Notes: generated by a model not told the origin, from the letters alone. Positions 32,358 to 44,230 are shown, counted from the first letter of the stretch. The stretch: 64,000 bases of DNA from Struthio camelus (GCF_040807025.1 NC_090973.1:981853-1045852), one strand, 5' to 3'. Made by a program: numbers and translations.

Positions 32358-32559
32358 TGGCGGCGCGGACGCGGCCCCGCGCGCTCTTCCCCCCCCCCCC
32401 TCCTCCTCCTCCTCCTCCCGCCCGCGGGAAACGGCGGGAAACGGCCGCGCGCCGCCCCCTCCCCCCACCCCCCTGCCGGCGGCCGGTAACGGCAGCGGCC
32501 GCGCGCGTGAGGCGCCTCCTTCCCTTCCCCCCCCCCCCCCGTCCACACACACACTCCCG

Positions 32560-35500
32560 GGTTACGGGACCGGTGTGGGGCGGGGGGGGGGGGACCGGTG
32601 TGGGGAGCTCCGGTGTGGGGTGAGAGGGGGGGGGACCGGTGTGGGGTGAGGGGGGCCCCGGTGTGGGGAGCTCCGGTGTGGGTTGGGGGGGGGGGACCGG
32701 TGTGAGGTGAAGGGGGCCCCGGTGTGGGGAGCTCCGGTGTGGGGTGAGGGGGGGGGACCGGTGTGGGGTGAGGGAGGCCCCGGTGTGGGGAGCTCCAGTG
32801 TGGGGTGAAGGGGGCCCCGGTGTGGGGAGCTCTGGTGTGGGGCAGCTAGGAGCTCTGGTGTGGGGTGAGGGGAGCCTAGGTGTGGGGAGCCCCGGTGTGG
32901 GGCAGCTAGGAGCCCCGGTGTGGGGTGAGGGGGGCCCCGGTGTGGGGAGCTCTGGTGTGGGGCAGCTAGGAGCTCCGGTGTGGGGTGAGGGAGGCCCAGG
33001 TGTGGGGTGAGGGAGGCCCCGGTGTGGGGAGCCCCGGTGTGGGGCAGTTAGGAGCTCTGGTGTGGGGTGAGGGAGGCCCCGGTGTGGGGAGCCCCGGTGT
33101 GGGGCAGCTATGAGCCCCGGTGTGGGGTGAAGGGGGCCCAGGTGTGGGGGAGCTCCGGTGTGGGGTGAGGGAGGCCCCGGTGTGGGGAGCCCTGGTGTGG
33201 GGTGAAGGGGGCCCAGGTGTGGGGGAGCTCCGGTGTGGGGTGAGGGAGGCCCCGGTGTGGGGAGCCCTGGTGTGGGGTGAAGGGGGCCCAGGTGTGGGGG
33301 AGCTCCGGTGTGGGGCAGCTAGGAGCCCCGGTGTGGGGTGAGGGGGGCCCAGGTGTGGGGAGCTCTGGTGTGGGGCAGCTAGGAGCTCCGGTGTGGGGTG
33401 AGGGGGGCCTAGGTGTGGGGAGCTCTGGTGTGGGGCAGCTAGGAGCCCCGGTGTGGGGTGAGGGGGGCCCCGGTGTGGGGAGCTCTGGTGTGGGGCAGCT
33501 AGGAGCTCTGGTGTGGGGTGAGGGGGGCCCCGGTGTGGGGAGCTCTGGTGTGGGGCAGCTAGGAGCCCCGGTGTGGGGTGAGAGGGGGGCCCCGGTGTGG
33601 GGAGCCCCGGTGTGGGGCAGCTAGGAGCCCCGGTGTGGGGTGAGGGGGGCCCCGGTGTGGGGAGCTCTGGTGTGGGGCAGCTAGGAGCCCCGGTGTGGGG
33701 TGAGAGGGGGGCCCCGGTGTGGGGAGCCCCGGTGTGGGGTGAGGGGGGCTCCGGTGTGGGGTGAAGGGGGCCCCGGTGTGGGGAGCTCTGGTGTGGGGCA
33801 GCTAGGAGCTCCGGTGTGGGGTGAGGGGGGCCCCGGTGTGGGGAGCTCTGGTGTGGGGCAGCTAGGAGCCCCGGTGTGGGGTGAGAGGGGGGCCCCGGTG
33901 TGGGGAGCCCCGGTGTGGGGTGAGGGGGGCTCCGGTGTGGGGTGAAGGGGGCCCCGGTGTGGGGAGCTCTGGTGTGGGGCAGCTAGGAGCCCCGGTGTGG
34001 GGTGAGGGAGGCCTAGGTGTGGGGTGGGAGGGGGGCCTAGGTGTGGGGAGCTCCGGTGTGGGGTGGGGGGGGGGGGGCTGCGGTGTGGGGAGCCCCGGTA
34101 TGGGGCAGCTAGGAGCTCCGGTGTGGGGCAAAGGGGGCCCCAGTGTGGGGTGAGGGGGGCCCCGGTGTGGGGGATCTCCGGTGTGGGGCAGCTAGGAGCC
34201 CCGGTGTGGGGCAAAGGGGGCCCCGGTGAGGGGAGGTCAGTGAGGGGAGCCCCGGTGTAGGGTGAGGGGAGCCTCAATGTGGGGAACCGCAATGTGGGGT
34301 AGCCAGGAGCCCCGGTGTGGGGCAAAGGGGGCTCTGGTGTGGGGTGAGGGGGTGCTCGGTGAGGGGAGCCCCAGTGTGCAGTGAGGGGGGTCCCAGTACG
34401 GGGCAGCCAGGTGCCCCAGTGAGGGGCCCTGGTGGGGGGCGAGGGGGTCCCCAGTGAGGGGGTCCCAGTATGGGGCAGCCAGGTGCCCCAGTGAGGGGTC
34501 CTGGTGTGGGGTGAGGGGGTCCCCGGTGAGGGGGTCCCAGTATGGGGCAGCCAGGAGCCCCAGTGAGGGGTCCTGGTGTGGGGTGAGGGGCTCCCTGGTG
34601 AGGGGGTCCCAGTATGGGGCAGCCAGGAGCCCCAGTGAGGGGTCCTAGTGGGGGGTGAGGGGGCCTGAGTGTGGGGTGAGGGGCTCCCTGGTGAGGGGGT
34701 CCCAGTATGGGGCAGCCAGGCGCCCCAGTGAGGGGCCCTGGTGTGGGGTGAGGGGGCCTGGGTGTGGGGTGAGGGGCTCCCCGGTGAGGGGGTCCCAGTA
34801 TGGGGCAGCCAGGAGCCCCAGTGAGGGGCCCTGGTGTGGGGTGAGGGGGTCCCCGGTGAGGGGGTCCCAGTATGGGGCAGCCAGGCGCCCCAGTGAGGGG
34901 TCCTGGTGTGGGGTGAGGGGCTCCCTGGTGAGGGGGTCCCAGTATGGGGCAGCCAGGCGCCCCAGTGAGGGGTCCTGGTGTGGGGTGAGGGGCTCCCCGG
35001 TGAGGGGGTCCCAGTATGGGGCAGCCAGGAGCCCCAGTGAGGGGCCCTGGTGTGGGGTGAGGGGGTCCCAGTGTGGGGTGAGGGGCTCCCCGGTGAGGGG
35101 GTCCCAGTATGGGGCAGCCAGGCGCCCCAGTGAGGGGTCCTGGTGTGGGGTGAGGGGGTGCTCAATGAGAGGAGCCCCGATGTGGGGCGAGGGGCCCCAG
35201 TACCGGGGGCAGGGGAGCCTGGGGAGGACAGAGGGGGGTCAAGGTGCCCCCACGGAGGGGTCTGGGCCAGGGTCTCAGTGGGGCTTTGGGGTGTCCCCAG
35301 TGTGGGGGTCAGGGGGGCTCAGGGTGCTCCCAATGTGGCTGGGGGGGGGGGCTCAGTGTGGGGGCCGGGGGGACCCAGCATGTGGGTCAAGGAGGGCTCA
35401 GGGTGCCCCCAATGTGGCTGAGGGGGGGGTCCTAGGGTGGGGCTCAGGGTGCCCCCAGCGTGGGGGTCAAGGAGGGCTCAGGGTGCCCCCAGTGTAGGGG

Positions 35501-35600
35501 TCAGGGGGTCCCAGCGTGGAGCTCAGGGTGCCGCCAGCGTGGGGGTCAGGGGGGTCCTTGGGGGGGGCTGCGGGTGCCCTCAGCATGGGGGCAATTTGGG
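32560..35600. repeat. G-rich minisatellites in putative SRCAP intron 1: ~60-bp ccggtgtggggtgaggggggccccggtgtggggagctctggtgtggggcagctaggag (32560-34400) and ~80-bp ggtcccagtatggggcagccaggagccccagtgaggggtcctggtgtggggtgaggggctccc (34400-35180)
   Basis: Regular tandem periodicity, and ORFs with (PHTGTPSPGS)n-type peptides on the minus strand. Confidence 0.95.
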
Positions 35601-35751
35601 GTTGGGGGGGGCACCGGGTCAGAGGGCACCGCGAGGTCAAAGGTGGCACCTGGGAGCTGTTGTGGCAGTGTTTGGGGGGGGGGGGGGGGCGGGCGCCGGC
35701 AGCACCCACGGGTGCCCCCCACCCACCCCCCTCCCCCTCGTCTCCCCACAG

Positions 35752-35825
35752 CTGCGCCCCTCGCCGCCCCACCGGCACCGTGGAAGTGGAGTGCGAGGAA
35801 GACGAGGAGGGCCCAGCGCACGCAG
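35752..35825 (+). CDS. SRCAP: Tentative SRCAP 5' coding exon (no ATG)
   Basis: Strong polypyrimidine tract plus cacag acceptor (AG 35750-35751) and caggtgggg donor (GT 35826). It is followed by a tidy 101-bp intron. It reads (C)APRRPTGTVEVECEEDEEGPAHA(G) in phase with the next exon. It has no counterpart in the human N-terminus, so it is lineage-specific or 5'UTR. Confidence 0.35.
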
Positions 35826-35926
35826 GTGGGGCGGCGGGGAGGGTGCTGGGCGGCGGGAGGAGGGGGTGCCGAGCACCCAAGGGTGCTGAGCCCCCCCCCC
35901 ATGTCCCCCCCCCCCTCCTTCTGCAG

Positions 35927-36378
35927 GCAGTTCGGCGACCGGCGGCCCAGAGCGCAGGCTGGGCCGCCAGGGCACCCAGGAGCTGGACGGCTCGTCCCGG
36001 CGGCCGCCTGAGCAGGATGAGGCCGCCTCGCAGCACGCCCTGGGGCAGCCCGCGGCGCCCCGCGCCCAGCCGGCGCCGCCGCCGGCCCCCCCCGCCGCCG
36101 CCCCCCCCCTGCCGCCGCGCCCCGAGGTGACGGCCGCCCCCCCGGGCGGCGGGGGCGGCGCGTTGCGCCCCTCGCCCTCTCCCCCGCCGCCCCCACCCCC
36201 CAGCGCCCCCGGCAGCGAGCCCGTGTCGCCCGCCTCGGCCGGCTCGCCCGCTTCCGGCGCCGCCGCCGGCGGCTCGCCCCCCGCCAACGCCCGCCTCGAC
36301 GCCGCCGCCGCCGCCCCCCCGGACCCCCCCAGCCTCTGGGACAAGACCCACGCCGAGATCGCCGAGCAGGCCAAGCAC
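35927..36378 (+). CDS. SRCAP: SRCAP N-terminal coding exon ending ...SLWDKTHAEIAEQAKH
   Basis: ttctgcag acceptor 35921-35926. The frame reads ...SEPVSPASAGSPASGAAAGGSPP...DPPSLWDKTHAEIAEQAKH, matching human SRCAP ...SNPVSPASSSSPASSGAGGISPQ...KSHAEIAEQAKH. gtgagt donor 36379. There is no in-frame ATG in this exon. Confidence 0.8.
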
Positions 36379-39300
36379 GTGAGTGCAGGCGGGGAGGTGT
36401 TTTGGGGCAAATTGGGGTGGTTTTGGGGCCCGCTTGAGAATCAAACCCGTGCTGAGATCGCTGAGCACGTGTGTGTGGGGTCAGAGCAGTGTTTTGGGGT
36501 GGTTTTGGGTCCCTCTTGAGAATCAAACCCACGCTGAGGTCTCTCAGCACGTGTGTGTGGGGTCAGAGCAGTGTTTTGGGGCGAATCAGGGTGGTTTTGG
36601 GTCCCTCTCGACAATTGGAACCCACGCCAAGATCGCCGAGGAGGCCAAGGCCGTGAGTGCAGGCGGGGAGGCGTTTTGGGGTGAATCGGGGCGGTTTTGG
36701 GTCCCGTTTGAGAATCAAAACCCACGCCAAGATCGCTGAGGAGGCCAAGGATGTGAGTGTAGGTGGGGAGGTGTTTTGGGGCAATTTGAGGCGGTTTTGG
36801 GGCCCGCTTGAGAATCAAACCCGTGCTGAGATCGCTGAGCACGTGTGTGTGGGGTCAGAGCAGTGTTTTGGGGTGATTTGGGGTGGTTTTGGGGCCCGCT
36901 TGAGAATCAAATCCGTGCTGAGGTCTCTCAGCACGTGTGTGTGGGGTCAGAGAAGTGTTTTGGGGCGAATCAGGGTGGTTTTGGGTCCCTCTCGACAATT
37001 GTAACCCACGCCGAGATCGCCGAGCAGGCCAAGCACGTGAGTGCAGGTGGGGAGGTGTTTTGGGGCAAATTGGGGTGGTTTTGGGGCCCGCTTGAGAATC
37101 AAACCCGTGCTGAGATCGCTGAGCACGTGTGTGTGGGGTCAGAGCAGTGTTTTGGGGTGATTTGGGGTGGTTTTGGGTCCCTCTTGAGAATCAAACCCAC
37201 GCTGAGGTCTCTCAGCACGTGTGTGTGGGGTCAGAGCAGTGTTTTGGGGCGAATCAGGGTGGTTTTGGGTCCCTCTCGACAATTGGAACCCACGCCAAGA
37301 TCGCCGAGGAGGCCAAGGCCGTGAGTGCAGGCGGGGAGGCGTTTTGGGGTGAATCGGGGCGGTTTTGGGTCCCGTTTGAGAATCAAAACCCACGCCAAGA
37401 TCGCTGAGGAGGCCAAGGATGTGAGTGTAGGTGGGGAGGTGTTTTGGGGCAATTTGAGGCGGTTTTGGGGCCCACTTGAGAATCAAACCCGTGCTGAGAT
37501 CGCTGAGCACGTGTGTGTGGGGTCAGAGCAGTGTTTTGGGGTGATTTGGGGTGGTTTTGGGTCCCTCTCGATAAGTGGAACCCACGCCGAGATCGCCGAG
37601 GAGGCCAAGGACGTGAGTGCAGGTGGGGAGGCGTTTTGGGGCGATTCGGGGCGGTTTTGGGTCCCGCTTGAGAATCAAAACCCACGCCGAGATCGCCGAG
37701 GAGGCCAAGGATGTGAGTGTAGGCGGGGAGGTGTTTTGGGGCAATTTGAGGCGGTTTTGGGTCCCGCTTGAGAATCAAACCTATGCTGAGATCTCTGAGC
37801 CCGTGCGTGTGGGGACGCAGAAGTGTTTTGGGGCGATTTGGGGCGGTTTTGGGTCCCTCTCGATAGTTGGAACCCACGCCGAGATCGCCGAGGAGGCCAA
37901 GGACGTGAGTGCAGGTGGGGAGGCGTTTTGGGGCGATTCGGGGCGGTTTTGGGTCCTGCTTGAGAATCAAACCTATGCTGAGATCTCTGAGCCCGTGCGT
38001 GTGGGGTCAGAGCAGTGCTTTGGGGCGAATCGGGGCGGTTTTGGCTTTCTCTTGAGAATCAAAACCCACGCCAAGATCGCTGAGGAGGCCAAGGACGTGA
38101 GTGCAGGCAGGGAGGCGTTTTGGGGCAATTTGGGGCGGTTTTGGGTCCCACTGGAGGATTAAACCTGTGCTGGCATCACTGAGCCCATGTGTGTGGGGAC
38201 GGAGAAGCGTTTTAGGGTGCTTTGGGGCGGTTTTGGGTCCCACTCGAGAATCAAACCCGTGCTGAGGTTGCTGAGCACGTGTGTGTGGGGTCAGAGCAGT
38301 GTTTTGGGGTGATTTGGGGTGGTTTTGGGTCCCTCTCAAGAACCAAAACCCGTGCTGAGATCGCCGAGGAGGCCAAGGACGTGAGTGCAGGCGGGGAGGA
38401 GTTTTGGGGCAATTTGAGGCGGTTTTGGGTCCCACTCGATGCTCAAACCCACGCTGAGATCCCTGAGCATATGCGTGTGGGGACGCAGAAGTGTTTTGGG
38501 GCGAATCGGGGCGGTTTCGGGTCCCTCTCGATAATTGGAACCCTCGCCGAGCAGGCCGAGGACGAGAGTGCGGGCAGGGAGGCGTTTTGGGGCGAATCGG
38601 GGCGGTTTCAGGTCCCTCTTGATAATTGAAGCCCGTGCTGAGATGGCCGAGCATGTGTGTGTGGGCTCAGAGCAGTGTTTTGGGGCGAATTGGGGCGGTT
38701 TTGGGTCCTTCTTGATGATCAGAACCCGCTCAGGTATCGCCGAGCAGGCCAAGCACATGAGCGCAGGCAGGGAGGTGTTTTGGGGTGAATCGGGGCGGTT
38801 TTGGGTCCCTCTCAATAATTGAATCACGTGCTGAGATCGCTGAGCACAAGCACGTGGGGTCGGAGAAGTGTTTTGGGGCGATTTGGGGTGGTTTTGGGTT
38901 CCTCTCCAGAATCAAAACCCATGCCGGGATCGCCGAGCAAGCCGAGCGCACGCGTCTGGGGTCAGAGCAGTGTTTTGGGGTGAATCAGGGTGATTTTGGG
39001 TCCCTCTCGATAATTGAAGCCCGTGCCGAGATTGGTGAGCCCCTGCGTGTGGGGTCAGAGCAGTGTTTTGGGGCGAATCGGGGTGGTTTTGGGTTTCTCT
39101 TGGGAATCAAAGCCTGCGCTGAGATCGCTGAGGAGGCCAAGGACGTGAGTGCAGGCGGGGAGGCGATTTGGGGTGAATCAGGACAGTTTTGGGTCCCTCT
39201 CGAGAACCCAAACTCACACCAAGATTGGTGAGCCCGTGCGTGTGGGCTCAGAGCAGTGTTTTGGGGCGAATCGGGGCAGTTTTGGGTCGCTCTCGAGAAC

Positions 39301-40300
39301 CCAAACTCCTGCCAAGATCGCTGAGCCTGTGCGTGTGGGGTCAGAGCAGTGTTTTGGGGCGAATCGGGGTGGTTTTGGGTTTCTCTTGAGAATCAAAACG
39401 TGCGCCGAGATCGCTGAGGAGGCCAAGGACGTGAGTGCAGGCGGGGAGGTGTTTTGGGGTGATTTGAGGTGGTTTTGGGTCCCTCTCGATGATCCAAACC
39501 CGCGCCGAGGTCACTGAGCAGACCAAGCATGAGTGCTGATGGGGAGGTGATTTGGGGTGATTTGGGACGATTTTGGGTCCTTCTTAAGAATCAAAACCCA
39601 CGCTGAGATCTCTGAGCCCGTGCGTGTGGGGTCAGAGCAGTGTTTTGGGGCGAATTGGGGTGGTTTTGGGTTTCTCTTGAGAATCAAAACGTGCGCGGAG
39701 ATCCCTGAGGAGTCCAAGCATGTGAGCGCAGGTGGGGAGATGTTTTGGGGTGAATCGGGGTGGTTTTGGGTTTCTCTCAAGAACCAAAACCCACACCAAG
39801 ATTGCTGAGGAGGCCAAGCGTGTGGATGCAGGCAGGGAGGCGTTTTGGGGCAAATTGAGGCAGTTTTTGGTCCCTCTCGAGAACCCAAACTCCCACCAAG
39901 GTCGCCGAGCCCGTGCGTGTGGGGTCAGAGCAGTGTTTTGGGGCGAATCGGGGCGGTTTTGGGTTTCTCTTGGGAATCAAAAACCCGCGTGGACATCGTT
40001 GAGGAGGCCAAGGATGTGAGTGCAGGCGGGGAGGCGATTTGGGGCGAATCAGGACAGTTTTGGGCCCCTCTCGAGAACCCAAACTCACACCAAGATCGCT
40101 GAGCCCGTGCGTGTGGGCTCAGAGCAGTGTTTTGGGGCGAATCGGGGTGGTTTTGGGTTTCTCTTGGGAATCAAAGCCTGCGCTGAGATCGCTGAGGAGG
40201 CCAAGGACGTGAGTGCAGGCAGGGAGGTGTTTTGGGGTGAATCGAGGTGGTTTTGGGTCCCTCTCGAGAACCCAAACTCCCGCCAAGGTCGCCGAGCCCG
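36379..40300. repeat. ~140-bp tandem repeat (x~28) derived from the SRCAP exon-B 3' end plus splice donor
   Basis: Each unit carries a copy of acccacgccgagatcgccgagcaggccaagcacGTGAGTGCAGGcggggagg. An exact 44-nt copy including the GT donor lies at 37004-37047. Diverged copies are at 36610-36665, 36728-36770, 37298, 37386, 37575, 37690, 37880, 38075, 38350 and others. Repeat ORFs encode THAKIAEEAKD, versus real THAEIAEQAKH. Confidence 0.9.
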
Positions 40301-41002
40301 TGCGTGTGGGCTCAGGGCAGTGTTCTGGGGCGAATCGGGGCGGTTTCGGGTCTGCCGCGGAGCCCGGCGACCGCCGAGGGCAGCCCGAAGCGTGGCGACG
40401 CCGGGAGGCGTCTCGCGGCGCTTCGGCCCTTCTCCCCTTGCGGCCGGAGCCGAGCTCCCCGGCGGGGGGGGAGGGGGGGGGACGTGCAGCTTTTGGGGTG
40501 AATCGAGGTGGTTTTGGGTCCCTCTTGATAATCGGGCCGCGTTGAGATCGCTGAGCCCGTGCGTGTGGGGTCAGAGCAGTGTTTTGGGGTGATTCGAGGT
40601 GGTTTTGGGTCCCTCTCGAGAACCAAAACCTGTGCTGAGATCGCCGAGGAGGCCAAGGACGTGAGTGCAGGCGGGGAGGTGATTTGGGGCGAATCGAGGT
40701 GGTTTTGGGTCCCTCTCGAGAACTCAAACTCACACCAAGATTGGTGAGCCCGTGCGTGTGGGCTCAGGGCAGTGTTCTGGGGCGAATCGGGGCGGTTTCG
40801 GGTCCGCCGCGGAGCCCGGCGACCGCCGAGGGCAGCCCGAAGCGTGGCGACGCCGGGAGGCGTCTCGCGGCGCTTCGGCCCTTCTCCCCTTGCGGCCGGA
40901 GCCGAGCTCCCCGGGCGGGCGGGCGAGCGGGCGACGGGGCCGGTTTTGGGGGCGAAGCCGGGCGGTTTCGGGCCCGCCGCGACGCCTCGCCTGGCCGGGC
41001 AG

Positions 41003-41188
41003 GAGGCGCAGGTGGAGCACCGCGTGGCCGAGATGAAGAAGGAGGGCTTCTGGTCGCTCAAGCGGTTGGCCAAGGTGCCCGAGCCGGCGCGCCCCAAGGT
41101 GCACTGGGACTACCTGTGCGAGGAGATGCAGTGGCTGGCCGCCGACTTCGCCCAGGAGCGCCGCTGGAAGCGCGGCGTCGCCCGCAAG
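41003..41188 (+). CDS. SRCAP: SRCAP exon (HSA domain part 1)
   Basis: AG acceptor 41001-41002. Encodes EAQVEHRVAEMKKEGFWSLKRLAKVPEPARPKVHWDYLCEEMQWLAADFAQERRWKRGVARK, versus human EAEIETRIAELRKEGFWSLKRLPKVPEPPRPKGHWDYLCEEMQWLSADFAQKKRWKRGVARK. GT donor 41189. Confidence 0.88.
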
Positions 41189-41199
41189 GTGTGTGTGGG

Positions 41200-44100
41200 G
41201 GGGCGCCTTTGGGTGCCGCCGGGGTGCTGGGGGACCGGGTGTGAGTGCTGGAGGGTGTCAGGAGGGAGATTGGGGGTGTTGGAGGGCGCGTTTGGGTGCT
41301 GGAGGGGCAGGTTTGGGTGCTGGGGGGTGTGAGGAGGGTGAATGGGGGTGTTGGAGGGGCAGGTTTGGGTGCTGGGGGGTGTCAGGAGGGAGATTGGGGG
41401 TGTTGGAGGGCGCGTTTGGGTGCTGGAGGGGCAGGTTTGGGTGCTGGGGGTTGTCAGGAGGGAGATTGGGGGTGTCAGGAGGGGGAGTTTGGGTGCTGGG
41501 GGACTGAGTCTGGGTGCTGAGAGGTGTCAGGAGGGAGATTGGGGGTGTTGGAGGGTGCGTTTGGGTGCTGGAGGGGCAGGTTTGGGTGCTGGGGGGTGTG
41601 AGGAGGGTGAATGGGGGTGTTGGAGGGCGCGTTTGGGTGCTGGAGGGGCAGGTTTGGGTGCTGGAGGGTGTCAGGAGGGGGAGTTTGGGTGCTGGGGGAC
41701 TGAGTCTGGGTGCTGAGAGGTGTCAGGAGGGAGATTGGGGGTGTTGGAGGGCGCGTTTGGGTGCTGGAGGGGCAGGTTTGGGTGCTGGGGGGTTGTCAGG
41801 AGGGTGAATGGGGGTGTTGGAGGGGCAGGTTTGGGTGCTGGGGGGTGTGAGGAGGGTGAATGGGGGTGTTGGAGGGTGCATTTGGGTGCTGGGGAGGCCA
41901 GGTGTGGGTGCTGGGGGGTGTCAGGAGGGTGAGTTTGGGTGCCGGGGGGTGGGTTTGGGTGCTGGGGGGTGTCAGGAGGGGGAGTTTGGGGGGTGTGAGG
42001 AGGGTGAATGGGGGTGTTGGCGCGTTTGGGTGCTGGGGGGTGTCAGGAGGGTGAGTTTGGGTGCTGGAGGGGCAGGTTTGGGTGCTGGAGGGTGTGAGGA
42101 GGGTGAATGGGGGTGTTGGAGGGCACGTTTGGGTGCTGGAGGGGCAGGTTTGGGTGCTGGGGGGTGTCAGGAGGGGGAGTTTGGGTGCTGGGGGACTGAG
42201 TCTGGGTGCTGAGAGGTGTCAGGAGGGAGATTGGGGGTGTTGGAGGGCGCGTTTGGGTGCTGGGGGGGCAGGTTTGGGTGCTGGGGGGTGTGAGGAGGGT
42301 GAATGGGGGTGTTGGAGGGCACGTTTGGGTGCTGGGGGGCAGGTTTGGGTGCTGGAGGGTGTGAGGAGGGTGAATGGGGGTGTTGGAGGGCACGTTTGGG
42401 TGCTGGAGGGGCAGGTTTGGGTGCTGGGGGGTGTCAGGAGGGGGAGTTTGGGTGCTGGGGGACTGAGTCTGGGTGCTGAGAGGTGTCAGGAGGGAGATTG
42501 GGGGTGTTGGAGGGCGCGTTTGGGTGCTGGGGGGGCAGGTTTGGGTGCTGGGGGGTGTGAGGAGGGTGAATGGGGGTGTTGGAGGGCACGTTTGGGTGCT
42601 GGAGGGGCAGGTTTGGGTGCTGGAGGGTGTGAGGAGGGTGAATGGGGGTGTTGGAGGGCACGTTTGGGTGCTGGAGGGGCAGGTTTGGGTGCTGGGGGGT
42701 GTCAGGAGGGGGAGTTTGGGTGCTGGGGGACTGAGTCTGGGTGCTGAGAGGTGTCAGGAGGGAGATTGGGGGTGTTGGAGGGCGCGTTTGGGTGCTGGGG
42801 GGGCAGGTTTGGGTGCTGGGGGGTGTGAGGAGGGTGAATGGGGGTGTTGGAGGGCACGTTTGGGTGCTGGGGGGCAGGTTTGGGTGCTGGGGGGTGTCAG
42901 GAGGGGGAGTTTGGGTGCTGGGGGACTGAGTCTGGGTGCTGAGAGGTGTCAGGAGGGAGATTGGGGGTGTTGGAGGGTGCGTTTGGGTGCTGGAGGGGCA
43001 GGTTTGGGTGCTGGGGGGTGTCAGGAGGGCGAGTCTGGGTGCTGGGGGACTGAGTCTGGGTGCTGAGAGGTGTCAGGAGGGAGATTGGGGGTGTTGGAGG
43101 GTGTGTTTGGGTGCTGGAGGGGCAGGTTTGGGTGCTGGGGGGTGTGAGGAGGGTGAATGGGGGTGTTGGAGGGTGCATTTGGGTGCTGGGGAGGCCAGGT
43201 GTGGGTGCTGGGGGGTGTCAGGAGGGTGAGTTTGGGTGCCGGGGGGTGGGTTTGGGTGCTGGGGGGTGTCAGGAGGGGGAGTTTGGGGGGTGTGAGGAGG
43301 GTGAATGGGGGTGTTGGCGCGTTTGGGTGCTGGGGGGTGTCAGGAGGGTGAGTTTGGGTGCTGGAGGGGCAGGTTTGGGTGCTGGAGGGTGTGAGGAGGG
43401 TGAATGGGGGTGTTGGAGGGCACGTTTGGGTGCTGGAGGGGCAGGTTTGGGTGCTGGGGGGTGTCAGGAGGGGGAGTTTGGGTGCTGGGGGACTGAGTCT
43501 GGGTGCTGAGAGGTGTCAGGAGGGAGATTGGGGGTGTTGGAGGGCGCGTTTGGGTGCTGGGGGGGCAGGTTTGGGTGCTGGGGGGTGTGAGGAGGGTGAA
43601 TGGGGGTGTTGGAGGGCACGTTTGGGTGCTGGGGGGCAGGTTTGGGTGCTGGGGGGTGTCAGGAGGGGGAGTTTGGGTGCTGGGGGACTGAGTCTGGGTG
43701 CTGAGAGGTGTCAGGAGGGAGATTGGGGGTGTTGGAGGGTGCGTTTGGGTGCTGGAGGGGCAGGTTTGGGTGCTGGGGGGTGTCAGGAGGGCGAGTCTGG
43801 GTGCTGGGGGACTGAGTCTGGGTGCTGAGAGGTGTCAGGAGGGAGATTGGGGGTGTTGGAGGGTGCGTTTGGGTGCTGGAGGGGCAGGTTTGGGTGCTGG
43901 GGGGTGTGAGGAGGGTGAATGGGGGTGTTGGAGGGCGCGTTTGGGTGCTGGGGAGGCCAGGTGTGGGTGCTGGGAGATGTCAGGAGGGTGAGTTTGGGTG
44001 CCGGGGGGTGGGTTTGGGTGCTGGGGGGTGTCAGAGGGCGCGTTTGGGTGCTGGGGAGGCCAGATTGGGGTGCCGGGGGGGCAGGTTTGGGTGCTGAGGG

Positions 44101-44230
44101 GTGTCAGGAGGGCGCGTGGGGGTGTCAGAGGGCAAGTTTGGATGCTGTGGGGGGGGGCTAGATTTGGGTGCTGGGGGGGGGGGGCAAACGTGGGTGCCAA
44201 GTGGGGGCACCAAACTGGGGTGCTAGGCGG
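41200..44230. repeat. G-rich ~60-bp minisatellite (ggtgctggaggggcaggtttgggtgctggggggtgtgaggagggtgaatgggggtgttggagggcgcgtttgg) with ~650-bp higher-order units in the SRCAP intron
   Basis: Repeated track ORFs (LEGQVWVLGGVRR... ) recur at 42061, 42473, 43060 and 43358. Confidence 0.95.

Noticed and set aside
35901-36019. ATG at 35901 (MSPPPSFCRQFGDRRP...) or 36017 as the SRCAP start codon
   Set aside because: Both are out of frame with the conserved SRCAP reading frame. The 35901 ATG lies upstream of the best acceptor (35926) and terminates at 36009, and the 36017 frame terminates at ~36131.
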